In this document: piece by piece, positions 30,873-39,783 of the stretch
Numbering within the stretch: the first letter of the stretch is position 1
Layout: the number at the start of each line of letters is the position of its first letter
Assembly: GCA_902610585.1 (NCBI GenBank)
Contig: CACLWE010000001.1
Span: 3,922 to 67,921, forward strand
Source of the DNA: an uncultured Pelagibacteraceae bacterium
Lineage (GTDB): Bacteria > Pseudomonadota > Alphaproteobacteria > Pelagibacterales > AG-422-B15
DNA length: 64,000 nucleotides
Direction of reading: 5' to 3'
The notes under the pieces: generated by a model
The model's input: only the letters and a program-made list of their open reading frames with translations
Told to the model about the DNA's origin: nothing
The model's database searches: none
Position numbers and translations under genes: made by a program

Positions 30873-31978
30873 GCAATTCTTATAAATTATTAGTCTTACC
30901 TGGCGACGGTATAGGGCCTGAAGTAATGAAGGAGGTCATAAAGGTTGCTAAGAGTATTGGTGAACTTAGTAAAGTTAAATTTGAGATAGAAGAGGACTAT
31001 ATTGGTGGATCTGCCTATGATCGCTATGGCACCCCTCTATCTGATGAGACTCTTGAAAAAGCTAAAAACTCTCACGCAGTTTTACTTGGTGCTGTGGGTG
31101 GAGAAAAATGGGATAATTTAGATTTTTCTCTTAAACCTGAACAAGGCCTTTTGAGAATTAGAAAAGAATTAGACTTGTTTGCAAACTTAAGGCCTGCTCT
31201 ATGTTTTGAGTCAATGGTTGACGCCTCTTCTCTTAAACCAGACTTAGTATCAGGTCTCGATATATTAATTGTTAGAGAACTTACCGGTGGTATTTATTTT
31301 GGTGAACCAAGAGGTATTAAAGATAAAGGTAACGGAAATCGTATTGGAATTAACACTCAATCCTATAGCACTAATGAAGTTAGAAGAGTTGCACGAATAG
31401 CATTTGAACTTGCAAGTAAAAGAGGTAACAGGGTTACTTCATGTGAAAAATCAAATGTGATGGAGTCTGGAATATTGTGGAGGGAAGAAGTGTCTTATGT
31501 GCACGAAAATGAATATTCTAATGTCGAGTTATCTCATATGTATGCAGATAATTGTGCGATGCAATTAGTTAGAAACCCCAAACAGTTTGATGTTATTGTT
31601 ACTGATAATTTATTTGGAGACATTCTGTCAGATGAGGCGGCCATGCTCACAGGTTCGCTTGGAATGTTGCCCTCTGCTTCTTTGGGTGCAGTCGATAGTA
31701 ATAATTTTAGAAGGTCTTTATACGAGCCAGTTCATGGGTCTGCACCGGACATAGCTGGCAAAGGAATAGCAAACCCAATTGCATCTATTCTTAGTTTTGC
31801 AATGTGTTTAAAGTACTCATTCAATATGGACAAGGAATCAGATCTTATAAATAAGGCTGTAAATAATGTACTTGCCAATGGCTTTAAAACTGCGGATTTA
31901 ATAGGTGATAATAACAAAAACCTATCAACAGTTGAAATGGGTGATCAAATATTAAATCAATTGAAAGAAAACTTTTAA
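30869..31978 (+). CDS. leuB: 3-isopropylmalate dehydrogenase
   Basis: 'PGDGIGPE', 'NLRP', 'RELTGG', 'NLFGDILSD', '[12 protein letters not shown]'. Confidence 0.98.
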   Translation: MSNSYKLLVLPGDGIGPEVMKEVIKVAKSIGELSKVKFEIEEDYIGGSAYDRYGTPLSDETLEKAKNSHAVLLGAVGGEKWDNLDFSLKPEQGLLRIRKELDLFANLRPALCFESMVDASSLKPDLVSGLDILIVRELTGGIYFGEPRGIKDKGNGNRIGINTQSYSTNEVRRVARIAFELASKRGNRVTSCEKSNVMESGILWREEVSYVHENEYSNVELSHMYADNCAMQLVRNPKQFDVIVTDNLFGDILSDEAAMLTGSLGMLPSASLGAVDSNNFRRSLYEPVHGSAPDIAGKGIANPIASILSFAMCLKYSFNMDKESDLINKAVNNVLANGFKTADLIGDNNKNLSTVEMGDQILNQLKENF

Positions 31979-31981
31979 ATT

Positions 31982-32998
31982 ATGAATTTTAATATTGCTA
32001 TAGTGGGTGCCACAGGAAATGTTGGAAGAGAAATGTTAAATATTCTCTCTGAAAAAAAATATGATGCGTCAAAAATATTTCCTGTAGCTTCTAGTAGAAG
32101 TGAAGGCATGGAAATTGAATTTGGGGAGGATAAACTAATTGTAGAATCTATTGAAAAGTTTGATCCTTCAAAAGTAGAATTGGCACTCTTCTCAGCAGGA
32201 GCTAGTACCTCAAAGGAATGGGCACCAAAGTTTGCAGAAAAAAACTGTATTGTTATAGATAACTCTAGTCATTTTAGAATGGAAGAAGAAATTCCTCTGG
32301 TTGTGCCTGAGGTTAACCCAAGTGATCTAAATAATTATAAAAAAAGAAATATAATTGCTAATCCAAACTGCTCAACAATTCAATTGGTGGTTGCCTTAAA
32401 ACCATTGCACGAAATTTCAAAAATAAAAAAAGTTATTGTATCAACTTATCAATCTGTTTCGGGTGCAGGTAAGGCTGGTATGGACGAGTTGTTTGAGCAA
32501 ACAAAAAATATGTTCTCTGATGATATTAAAGATAATGTTAAGTTTACCAAACCAATTGCCTTTAATGTCATACCTCATATTGATAAATTCATGGATGATG
32601 GATATACAAAAGAAGAATTAAAAATGAGACAAGAAACTCATAAAATTTTAAGTAGTGAGATCAGCTTTAGCGCTACATGTGTTCGCGTTCCTGTATTTAT
32701 TGGTCACTCTGAAGCTGTAAATATTGAGTTTGAAAACAAAATTTCAGTAGAAGAAGCACGTGAAGCTATTAAAAATGCTCCTGGATGCACACTACTTGAT
32801 GAAAGAGCTGATGGAGGTTATGTAACTCCAAAAGAGTGTGCAGGAAATGATGACACGTATGTATCGCGAATTCGAGAGGATACGTCTACAAAAAATGGAT
32901 TATCTATTTGGATAGTTTCTGATAATTTAAGGAAAGGTGCTGCTTTAAATACAATCCAAATCGCTGAAATGCTAATTGAGGAACATTTATCTAAATGA
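31982..32998 (+). CDS. asd: Aspartate-semialdehyde dehydrogenase
   Basis: 'GATGNVG', 'ANPNCSTIQ', 'TYQSVSGAG', 'DNLRKGAALN'. Confidence 0.98.
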   Translation: MNFNIAIVGATGNVGREMLNILSEKKYDASKIFPVASSRSEGMEIEFGEDKLIVESIEKFDPSKVELALFSAGASTSKEWAPKFAEKNCIVIDNSSHFRMEEEIPLVVPEVNPSDLNNYKKRNIIANPNCSTIQLVVALKPLHEISKIKKVIVSTYQSVSGAGKAGMDELFEQTKNMFSDDIKDNVKFTKPIAFNVIPHIDKFMDDGYTKEELKMRQETHKILSSEISFSATCVRVPVFIGHSEAVNIEFENKISVEEAREAIKNAPGCTLLDERADGGYVTPKECAGNDDTYVSRIREDTSTKNGLSIWIVSDNLRKGAALNTIQIAEMLIEEHLSK

Positions 32999-34953
32999 GA
33001 CAAGATGTAAGAAAACCAAGAAGAAGTGTACTTTATGTTCCTGGATCTAATCCAAAAGCATTAAAAAAAAGTAGTACGCTTGATGTAGATGCAATTATTT
33101 ACGACTTAGAAGACTCGGTTGCTGCAAATGCCAGAAATGATGCACGCACAGCAATTATCGAAATTATAAATTCTGGTGTAAACAAAAATAAGGAGCAGGT
33201 GATAAGAGTAAATGCTTTGGATACTGATGATGGTAAAATAGATATTAAGGTCTTGGACAAATGTAATCCCGATGCAATATTAATCCCTAAAGTAAATGAA
33301 GCTAAAGATGTTAAAGCTTTTGAAAAACATCTTAAAAATAAAGAAACTAAAATTTGGGTTATGATGGAAACAGCTTTATCCATTGTAAACGCGTATGATA
33401 TTGCAAAATCATCAAAATATTTAAAATGTTTTGTAATGGGAACTAATGACTTGTCTGCAGAGTTGGGTATAGAGGAAGAACTGAAAAGAACTGCATTAGT
33501 CACAAGTTTTGAGAAATGTATGATGGCGACAAAAGCCTACAAATTATCACTACTTGATGGAGTTTTTAATGACATCAGAGACGCTAATGGCTTTGAAGAA
33601 GAGTGCATCTATAGTCATGGTCTTGGATTTGATGGTAAAACCTTAATACACCCCGGACAAATACAAATATGCAATAAAATATTTACCCCTACGGCTGAAC
33701 AACTAGACAAAGCAAAACGAATTGTTGCAGCCTTTGAGGATGCAAGAAAAAAGGACCCAAATGTTGGAGTAATTACGTTTGAAGGCAGTCAGATAGAGGA
33801 ATTACACGTAAATCATGCAAAACGAATTATAGAAGCAGAATTGCTTGTTTCAAAAGTTACAAAACTAGATCAATCAGAAGTTATACAAACTTCTTCAAGT
33901 AAATATAAAATTGGTAATTTTTTTGAAAATTTTAAGTTAGGACAAAAAATAATACACGCAACTCCACGAACAATAACATATGGAGATTGTGCACTTTATA
34001 CAGCTTTATACGGTTCAAGGTATGCCTTGCACTGCTCAGATGAGTTTGCAAAAAAACTCTCATTAGAAAAATCACCAATTGACGATTTTCTTTTATTTAA
34101 CATAGCTTTTGGTAAAACTGTCCCAGATATCTCTTTAAATGCAATTGCCAATTTAGGTTACGCAGAGTGTAAGTTTTTAAAGCCAGCTTATCCAGGAGAT
34201 ACAATTAGTTCAACTTCAGAAGTGATTGGCATTAAAGAGAATTCAAGTGGAGAAAATGGGGTAGTCTATGTTCACTCTGTAGGCACTAACCAGCATGACG
34301 AACCAGTTATTGATTATAAAAGATGGGTTATGGTTAGAAAAAAAAATAGAAATCTAAATAAAGCAGAACCGTCTATACCGGAATTAAATAAAGAGCTTAC
34401 AAGTGAGGAGGTTGTAGAAATTGCAAAAAAATATGATTTTGATTGTGCAGGATATGATTATAAAGCCTCAGGCTCTGATCTTTGTTATGAGGATTATTCT
34501 ATTGATGAAAAAATAAATCATATTGATGGTATGACAGTTGAAGAGGCTGAACATATGATGGCAACAAAATTATACCAGAACAATGCAAAAGTTCACTTTA
34601 ACCATTTTGTTGAAAAAGGTGGCAGGTTTGGAAAAAGAATTGTTTATGGTGGTCACGTTATAAGTTTAACAAGAGCTTTATCGTTTAATGGACTTTCAAA
34701 TGCTTTTAAAATTATTGCGATCAACGGTGGAACTCACGCATCACCGTGTTTTGCTGGAACAACTGTTTTTGCTTGGAGTCTGATTTTAGATAAAGTCGAA
34801 GTATCAGAATCATTAGGTGCTATTCGAATCAGAACAAATGGAATTGGTGATGCACAGGCTTATCAGTTTCAACATCAAGATAGTAACAAGCGCTTTGATC
34901 CGTCCGTTTTGTTAAGTCTTGATTATTGGGCTTTAATTCCAAGAAAAAAATAA
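32995..34953 (+). CDS. Fusion protein: CitE/Mcl2-type (malyl-CoA thioesterase/lyase) domain + mesaconyl-CoA hydratase (Mch, double MaoC) domain
   Basis: N-half 'RSVLYVPGS..DLEDSV..RVN..PKV..MMET..GTNDL..GFDGKTLIHP..IEELH'; C-half 'GNFFENF..HATPRT..SDEFA..FGKTVPDISLNAIANLGY..RWVMVRK..YQNNAKVHFN..YGGH..NGGTH'; one uninterrupted frame. Confidence 0.9.
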   Translation: MRQDVRKPRRSVLYVPGSNPKALKKSSTLDVDAIIYDLEDSVAANARNDARTAIIEIINSGVNKNKEQVIRVNALDTDDGKIDIKVLDKCNPDAILIPKVNEAKDVKAFEKHLKNKETKIWVMMETALSIVNAYDIAKSSKYLKCFVMGTNDLSAELGIEEELKRTALVTSFEKCMMATKAYKLSLLDGVFNDIRDANGFEEECIYSHGLGFDGKTLIHPGQIQICNKIFTPTAEQLDKAKRIVAAFEDARKKDPNVGVITFEGSQIEELHVNHAKRIIEAELLVSKVTKLDQSEVIQTSSSKYKIGNFFENFKLGQKIIHATPRTITYGDCALYTALYGSRYALHCSDEFAKKLSLEKSPIDDFLLFNIAFGKTVPDISLNAIANLGYAECKFLKPAYPGDTISSTSEVIGIKENSSGENGVVYVHSVGTNQHDEPVIDYKRWVMVRKKNRNLNKAEPSIPELNKELTSEEVVEIAKKYDFDCAGYDYKASGSDLCYEDYSIDEKINHIDGMTVEEAEHMMATKLYQNNAKVHFNHFVEKGGRFGKRIVYGGHVISLTRALSFNGLSNAFKIIAINGGTHASPCFAGTTVFAWSLILDKVEVSESLGAIRIRTNGIGDAQAYQFQHQDSNKRFDPSVLLSLDYWALIPRKK

Positions 34954-35001
34954 TTTACTGTCGTTTAATCACCGGCAATTTGGTATATATAAATATTACT
35001 A

Positions 35002-35379
35002 ATGAGCAGTCCCTTATCACCACATTTGCAAGTTTATAGATGGCAAATTACATCAATACTATCAATTCTTCATAGAATAACGGGCATAGTTTCATCATTA
35101 GGTGTAATCATATTAATAATATTTTTATATTCAATTAGCGCTGGCGAAGAAACTTTTCAATTTATAATTTCCTTATCAGAAAATATTTTTATAAGAACAA
35201 TATTAATAGGTCTTACGTTTTCATATTTGTTTTATTTTTTAAACTGCTTAAGGCACTTATTTTGGGACGTTGGTATTGGGCTTGAATTAAATACTGCCAA
35301 ATTGACAGGTTGGATTACAATTTTGTTTACTGTTTTGCTCACTGTTCTATTTTGGTTTTTAATTATGATTGGATATTAA
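35002..35379 (+). CDS. sdhC: Succinate dehydrogenase cytochrome b556 subunit
   Basis: 'PLSPHLQVY', 'SILHRITG', 'RHLFWD'. Confidence 0.95.
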   Translation: MSSPLSPHLQVYRWQITSILSILHRITGIVSSLGVIILIIFLYSISAGEETFQFIISLSENIFIRTILIGLTFSYLFYFLNCLRHLFWDVGIGLELNTAKLTGWITILFTVLLTVLFWFLIMIGY

Positions 35380-35381
35380 CT

Positions 35382-35711
35382 ATGTCTGCCAAAAATACTT
35401 GGAAACTTCATCGATGGAGCACGATTTTACTACTACCACTCGTTGCTTATTTATTCATAAAAATAATACACCTTTCCACTCTGCCATATCAATTAATTTT
35501 GAGTGAATTAAGCAACTTATGGGGTGTAGGGTTTATATTGATTTTCACGGTCTTAGGATTAATTCATATGAATACAGGTGTGCACGAAATCCTTGATGAT
35601 TATGTTCACTCTGATGTGGTTAAAAGGATATTAAATGTAATAATTTCAATATTTTTTTTACTAATACTAATTTTTGTTTGTTTGTCTCTACTACTAATTT
35701 TTATAGGTTAA
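35382..35711 (+). CDS. sdhD: Succinate dehydrogenase hydrophobic anchor subunit
   Basis: Start placed at MSAKN; 'W..HR', '[11 protein letters not shown]'. Confidence 0.92.
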   Translation: MSAKNTWKLHRWSTILLLPLVAYLFIKIIHLSTLPYQLILSELSNLWGVGFILIFTVLGLIHMNTGVHEILDDYVHSDVVKRILNVIISIFFLLILIFVCLSLLLIFIG

Positions 35712-35715
35712 CTTA

Positions 35716-37491
35716 ATGAATTACGAAATTGAATATCACGATTACGATGTAGTTGTTGTTGGTGCTGGTGGATCTGGTTTGAGAGCGACAGTAGGTGCTG
35801 TTGAGAATGGTTACAAGACTGCTTGTATTTCAAAAGTATTCCCAACCAGAAGTCATACGGTTGCAGCACAGGGAGGCATCTCTGCTGCGCTTGGAAATAT
35901 GGGTGATGATGATTGGAGATGGCACATGTATGATACCGTGAAAGGCTCTGATTGGCTTGGGGATCAGGATGCAATTGAGTATTTGTGCAAAAATGCACCA
36001 AAAGCTGTTTTAGAATTAGAGAATTATGGAGTTCCATTTAGTCGAACAGAGGATGGAAAAATTTATCAAAGAGCCTTTGGAGGGATGACCAAAAATTATG
36101 GTCAAGGTACTGCACAAAGAACATGTGCTGCTGCTGATCGAACTGGCCATGCAATAATTCATACTTTATACGGGCAATCATTAAAACACGACGTTGACTA
36201 TTATATTGAATATTTTGTTTTGGACTTATTAATGGTTGAGGGTGAATGCAGGGGTGTTGTTGCATGGTGTTTAGAGGACGGTAAATTACATGTATTTAAT
36301 TCTAAACAAACAATACTAGCATCTGGTGGATATGGCCGTGTTTATTTTTCTGCAACTTCAGCTCACACCTGCACAGGCGATGGTAACGCTATGGTTTTAA
36401 GAGCTGGCCTACCTCTACAAGATATGGAATTTGTTCAATTTCATCCAACTGGTATTTATGGCGTTGGTTGTCTTATAACAGAGGGCGCAAGAGGAGAAGG
36501 CGGTTATTTAGTAAACAGTGAAGGCGAACGTTTCATGGAGAGATACGCACCATCAGCGAAAGACTTAGCTTCAAGAGATGTTGTTTCTCGTTCTATAACA
36601 AAAGAAATTTTAGAGGGTAGAGGTGTTGGCAAAGATAAGGATCATGCTTATCTACATCTTGATCACATAGACTCAGATATATTGGAAGAAAGATTGCCCG
36701 GTATTTCAGAGTCCGCAAAAGTTTTCGCAGGAGTTGATGTAACTAAAGAGCCAATTCCAATTATACCTACAGTTCATTATAATATGGGTGGAATTCCAAC
36801 AAATTTTCATGGAGAAGTAATGAACCTTGAAAAAGGAAATGAAACAGTCGTACAGGGTTTGATGGCAGTTGGTGAAGCTGCTTGTGTGAGTGTTCATGGT
36901 GCAAATAGACTCGGATCAAATTCTCTAATTGATTTAGTAGTTTTTGGCAAAGCAGCTGCAGATAGAATAAATGATACGGTAAATAAAGATGAACCAAATA
37001 AGGAAATTCCCAGTCACGTCATCGATGAAGTCATTGCAAGGTTTGATAGTACACGATCTTCTGATGGGGATATTTCAACTTCAGAATTAAGGTCTCAAAT
37101 GCAGAGAGTTATGCAGAAACACTGCGCTGTTTTTAGAGATGATGAGATTATGTCTGAAGGAAAAAAACTTATCGAAGAAACTTGGTTAAACTCAGAAAAT
37201 ATTAAAATTAAAGACAAATCACTTATATGGAATACTGATTTGTTAGAAACACTTGAATATAAAAACCTAATTGCACAAGCTGTAGTTACAATGAACTCAG
37301 CACTAAATAGAAAAGAAAGTAGAGGGGCTCACGCTCGAGAAGACTATAAGGAAAGAGACGATAAAAATTGGATGAAGCATACAATGTCATGGCTGAACGA
37401 TAAGAGTTGTGAATTGGATTATAGATCAGTTCACGAATACACATTATCAAACGAAGTTAAATATATTGCGCCAAAGGCCAGAGTTTATTAA
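35716..37491 (+). CDS. sdhA: Succinate dehydrogenase flavoprotein subunit
   Basis: 'GAGGSG', '[10 protein letters not shown]', 'QFHPTG', 'HYNMGG', 'HGANRLG'. Confidence 0.99.
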   Translation: MNYEIEYHDYDVVVVGAGGSGLRATVGAVENGYKTACISKVFPTRSHTVAAQGGISAALGNMGDDDWRWHMYDTVKGSDWLGDQDAIEYLCKNAPKAVLELENYGVPFSRTEDGKIYQRAFGGMTKNYGQGTAQRTCAAADRTGHAIIHTLYGQSLKHDVDYYIEYFVLDLLMVEGECRGVVAWCLEDGKLHVFNSKQTILASGGYGRVYFSATSAHTCTGDGNAMVLRAGLPLQDMEFVQFHPTGIYGVGCLITEGARGEGGYLVNSEGERFMERYAPSAKDLASRDVVSRSITKEILEGRGVGKDKDHAYLHLDHIDSDILEERLPGISESAKVFAGVDVTKEPIPIIPTVHYNMGGIPTNFHGEVMNLEKGNETVVQGLMAVGEAACVSVHGANRLGSNSLIDLVVFGKAAADRINDTVNKDEPNKEIPSHVIDEVIARFDSTRSSDGDISTSELRSQMQRVMQKHCAVFRDDEIMSEGKKLIEETWLNSENIKIKDKSLIWNTDLLETLEYKNLIAQAVVTMNSALNRKESRGAHAREDYKERDDKNWMKHTMSWLNDKSCELDYRSVHEYTLSNEVKYIAPKARVY

Positions 37492-38267
37492 TGGTTCAGT
37501 TTAATCTTCCCGACAATTCTAAATTAACAGACGGTGATTATTACAAGTCTGAAAAAAGCAATGGAAATAGTAAAAAATTCAAAATCTACCGTTGGTCTCC
37601 CGACGATGGGAAAAACCCAAGGATGGACACTTATGAAGTTGATCTAGACGATTGTGGTCCGATGGTATTGGACGCAGTTATGAAAATCAAAAGTGAAATT
37701 GATACTTCATTAACCTTTAGACGATCATGTCGCGAGGGCATATGTGGTTCTTGTGCAATGAATATTGATGGGACAAATACACTTGCTTGTACCAAAGCAA
37801 TTAGTGATGTGAAAGGTGACATAAAAATTTATCCTCTGCCTCACATGCCAGTTATAAAAGACTTGGTTACAAATTTAAAAACACTCTATAAGCAATTAAA
37901 GTCCATCAAGCCATGGCTTATGAATAAGAAACAAAACGCAAACGATACTGAAAATATTCAATCAAGAAATGACCGTGAAAAATTAGATGGCTTGTATGAA
38001 TGCATCTTGTGTGCATGTTGCTCAACTTCATGCCCAAGTTATTGGTGGAACAGTGACAAATATTTGGGCCCTGCAGTCCTGCTTCAGTCATATCGCTGGT
38101 TACAAGATAGCCGTGATGAGGAAAGAAAAGAGAGATTAAAAGAATTAGATGATACGTTTAAAGTTTATAGATGCCATACAATAATGAACTGCACTCAAGC
38201 TTGTCCAAAAGGTCTCAACCCCGCAAAGGCTATTGCTGGTATCAAACAAATGATAGCACAGCAGTAA
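37491..38267 (+). CDS. sdhB: Succinate dehydrogenase iron-sulfur subunit
   Basis: '[10 protein letters not shown]', '[12 protein letters not shown]', 'CHTIMNC...CP'. Confidence 0.99.
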   Translation: MVQFNLPDNSKLTDGDYYKSEKSNGNSKKFKIYRWSPDDGKNPRMDTYEVDLDDCGPMVLDAVMKIKSEIDTSLTFRRSCREGICGSCAMNIDGTNTLACTKAISDVKGDIKIYPLPHMPVIKDLVTNLKTLYKQLKSIKPWLMNKKQNANDTENIQSRNDREKLDGLYECILCACCSTSCPSYWWNSDKYLGPAVLLQSYRWLQDSRDEERKERLKELDDTFKVYRCHTIMNCTQACPKGLNPAKAIAGIKQMIAQQ

Positions 38268-38360
38268 TTAAATTACTGTAAAATCAAAAAGTATACTTAC
38301 CAGCAGAACTGAAATAATAATTGTAACTACGATAAAATAATTAACCACTATAAATCTCAA
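38268..38360 (-). CDS. Candidate small single-TM peptide (26-30 aa; not in ORF track)
   Basis: TTG(38360)/GTG(38348) start to TAA(38268): (MRFI)VVNYFIVVTIIISVLLVSILFDFTVI; fills the gap exactly up to the sdhB stop; no clear SD. Confidence 0.35.
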   Translation of the reverse strand: MRFIVVNYFIVVTIIISVLLVSILFDFTVI

Positions 38361-38414
38361 TGGCGGGCAGTTGATTAGGGGAATTTATGAAAATATTACG
38401 TACCCACCATTGAG
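38356..38414 (-). ncRNA. Candidate stem-loop RNA with anti-SD/anti-AUG loop
   Basis: Minus strand CUCAAUGGUGGGUA...UGCCCGCCAUUGAG forms a 14-bp stem with two U-G pairs that work only on this strand; the 31-nt loop contains UUUUCAUAAAUUCCCCU. Confidence 0.55.
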
Positions 38415-38482
38415 TTATACATATAAGTGTAAAACTTTCTAATTAAACTCTAATAAGTTTGCCAAAATGACAGAGCTTGATT

Positions 38483-38716
38483 TCAATATTTCCTCTGGAT
38501 TTTGACAACAAAACTGCCTTCATGCCAACTCTGTTCAATGTACTGTATTTGGTGACTGCTTTCTGCCCAATGAGGAAATTCTTTTCTGATTTGCCCACTT
38601 TTACCTGTTATGACCTCTACTTTGGGTATACTTCCTTGGTAAGCTTCGTAAATAAAGTCAGTGAATTCTTGATAAGCATCCTCAAGTGTAAATCCATGAA
38701 GGTCAAGTTTTCTCAT
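38483..38716 (-). CDS. Stand-alone Smr (small MutS-related) domain protein
   Basis: 'KLDLHGFTLEDAY', 'VITGKSG', 'GSFVV'; start placed at MRKLD. Confidence 0.88.
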   Translation of the reverse strand: MRKLDLHGFTLEDAYQEFTDFIYEAYQGSIPKVEVITGKSGQIRKEFPHWAESSHQIQYIEQSWHEGSFVVKIQRKY

Positions 38717-38766
38717 AATTTTCAAACATTGCCATTAGTTGTATTTAATCTAGAATATTTCATTAT

Positions 38767-39774
38767 ATGAAAAATTCTTATACTAAACCTAATCTCGATA
38801 CTAAGTATTTTGATGATTTATTCAACTCACTACCTTCAATGGAGAATAAAACAGTTGCTATAACAGGCACAACTTCTGGGCTTGGATTTTATGCTGCTGA
38901 GTCAGTAGCTAAGCTTGGCGCTAAAGTCTTACTATTGAATCGTCCTTCGACTAGAGCCGAGTCATCTTTAAATTTACTTAGACAAAATTGTGCAAATGGA
39001 AACTTTCACAGAGTGGATTGTGATCTACAAAGTTTTGACTCGGTAAAAACTGCATTTCGAAAAATTAATGAAATATGTAGCGATGGCCTTGATGTATTAT
39101 GCAATAATGCGGGCGTAATGGCTCTTAAAGATAAAGCCACAATCGACGGCTTTGATGTACAAATGCAAACTAACCACCTGTCCCATTTTCTTCTAACTAA
39201 ATTATGTATGCCCTTACTAGAAAAAGCATCACAATTAAGGGATGAAGCAAGAATAGTTAATCATTCTAGTATTGCACGCTTTCAAACAAAAAGACTTAAA
39301 GAAAAGTTTCTTGAAAAAAAAGGTGGCAACTTAGGTGGAGATGGAGGTAATTTGATGTTTGGTGGTGGCCGATGGGAGCGTTATGCCCAGACAAAGCTTG
39401 CTAATGCTGCATTCACTGCATGTTTGCATGAAAAGTTGCAGAAAAATAATTCAAAAATTAGAGCGATGGTTGCTCATCCGGGTCTTGCAGAAAGTGATTT
39501 ACAATCTACAACAGTAGAGGATGGCGGAATGGGCAGTTTTTTTACAAAATATTTAATGAAGTTTGGGCAGTCTGAAAAAGATGGAACTTTGGGTCTCCTA
39601 AGATGTATTGCAGATCCTAAAATTAATTCCGGCTCAATGGTAGGGCCTGGTTTAAAAGGAATGAAAGGTAAAGCAAAATCTTTTTCACTTGAGTCTTTTT
39701 ATGATAATCCTGAAGTCAAGAGCATGCTGTGGGCCAAAAGCTGTGAGGCTATAGGCGAAAGTTTTGAAATCTAG
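38767..39774 (+). CDS. Classical SDR oxidoreductase (retinol dehydrogenase/WWOX-like)
   Basis: 'TGTTSGLG', 'NNAGVM', 'NHLSHFLL', 'YAQTK', 'AHPG'. Confidence 0.9.
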   Translation: MKNSYTKPNLDTKYFDDLFNSLPSMENKTVAITGTTSGLGFYAAESVAKLGAKVLLLNRPSTRAESSLNLLRQNCANGNFHRVDCDLQSFDSVKTAFRKINEICSDGLDVLCNNAGVMALKDKATIDGFDVQMQTNHLSHFLLTKLCMPLLEKASQLRDEARIVNHSSIARFQTKRLKEKFLEKKGGNLGGDGGNLMFGGGRWERYAQTKLANAAFTACLHEKLQKNNSKIRAMVAHPGLAESDLQSTTVEDGGMGSFFTKYLMKFGQSEKDGTLGLLRCIADPKINSGSMVGPGLKGMKGKAKSFSLESFYDNPEVKSMLWAKSCEAIGESFEI

Positions 39775-39783
39775 GTAATTTAG

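Noticed and set aside
38356-38414. Hairpin as a plain rho-independent terminator
   Set aside because: The 31-nt loop and absence of a proper U-tract on either strand fit poorly; kept as an RNA candidate instead
38477-38770. 97-aa plus-strand ORF
   Set aside because: Antisense to the motif-bearing Smr gene
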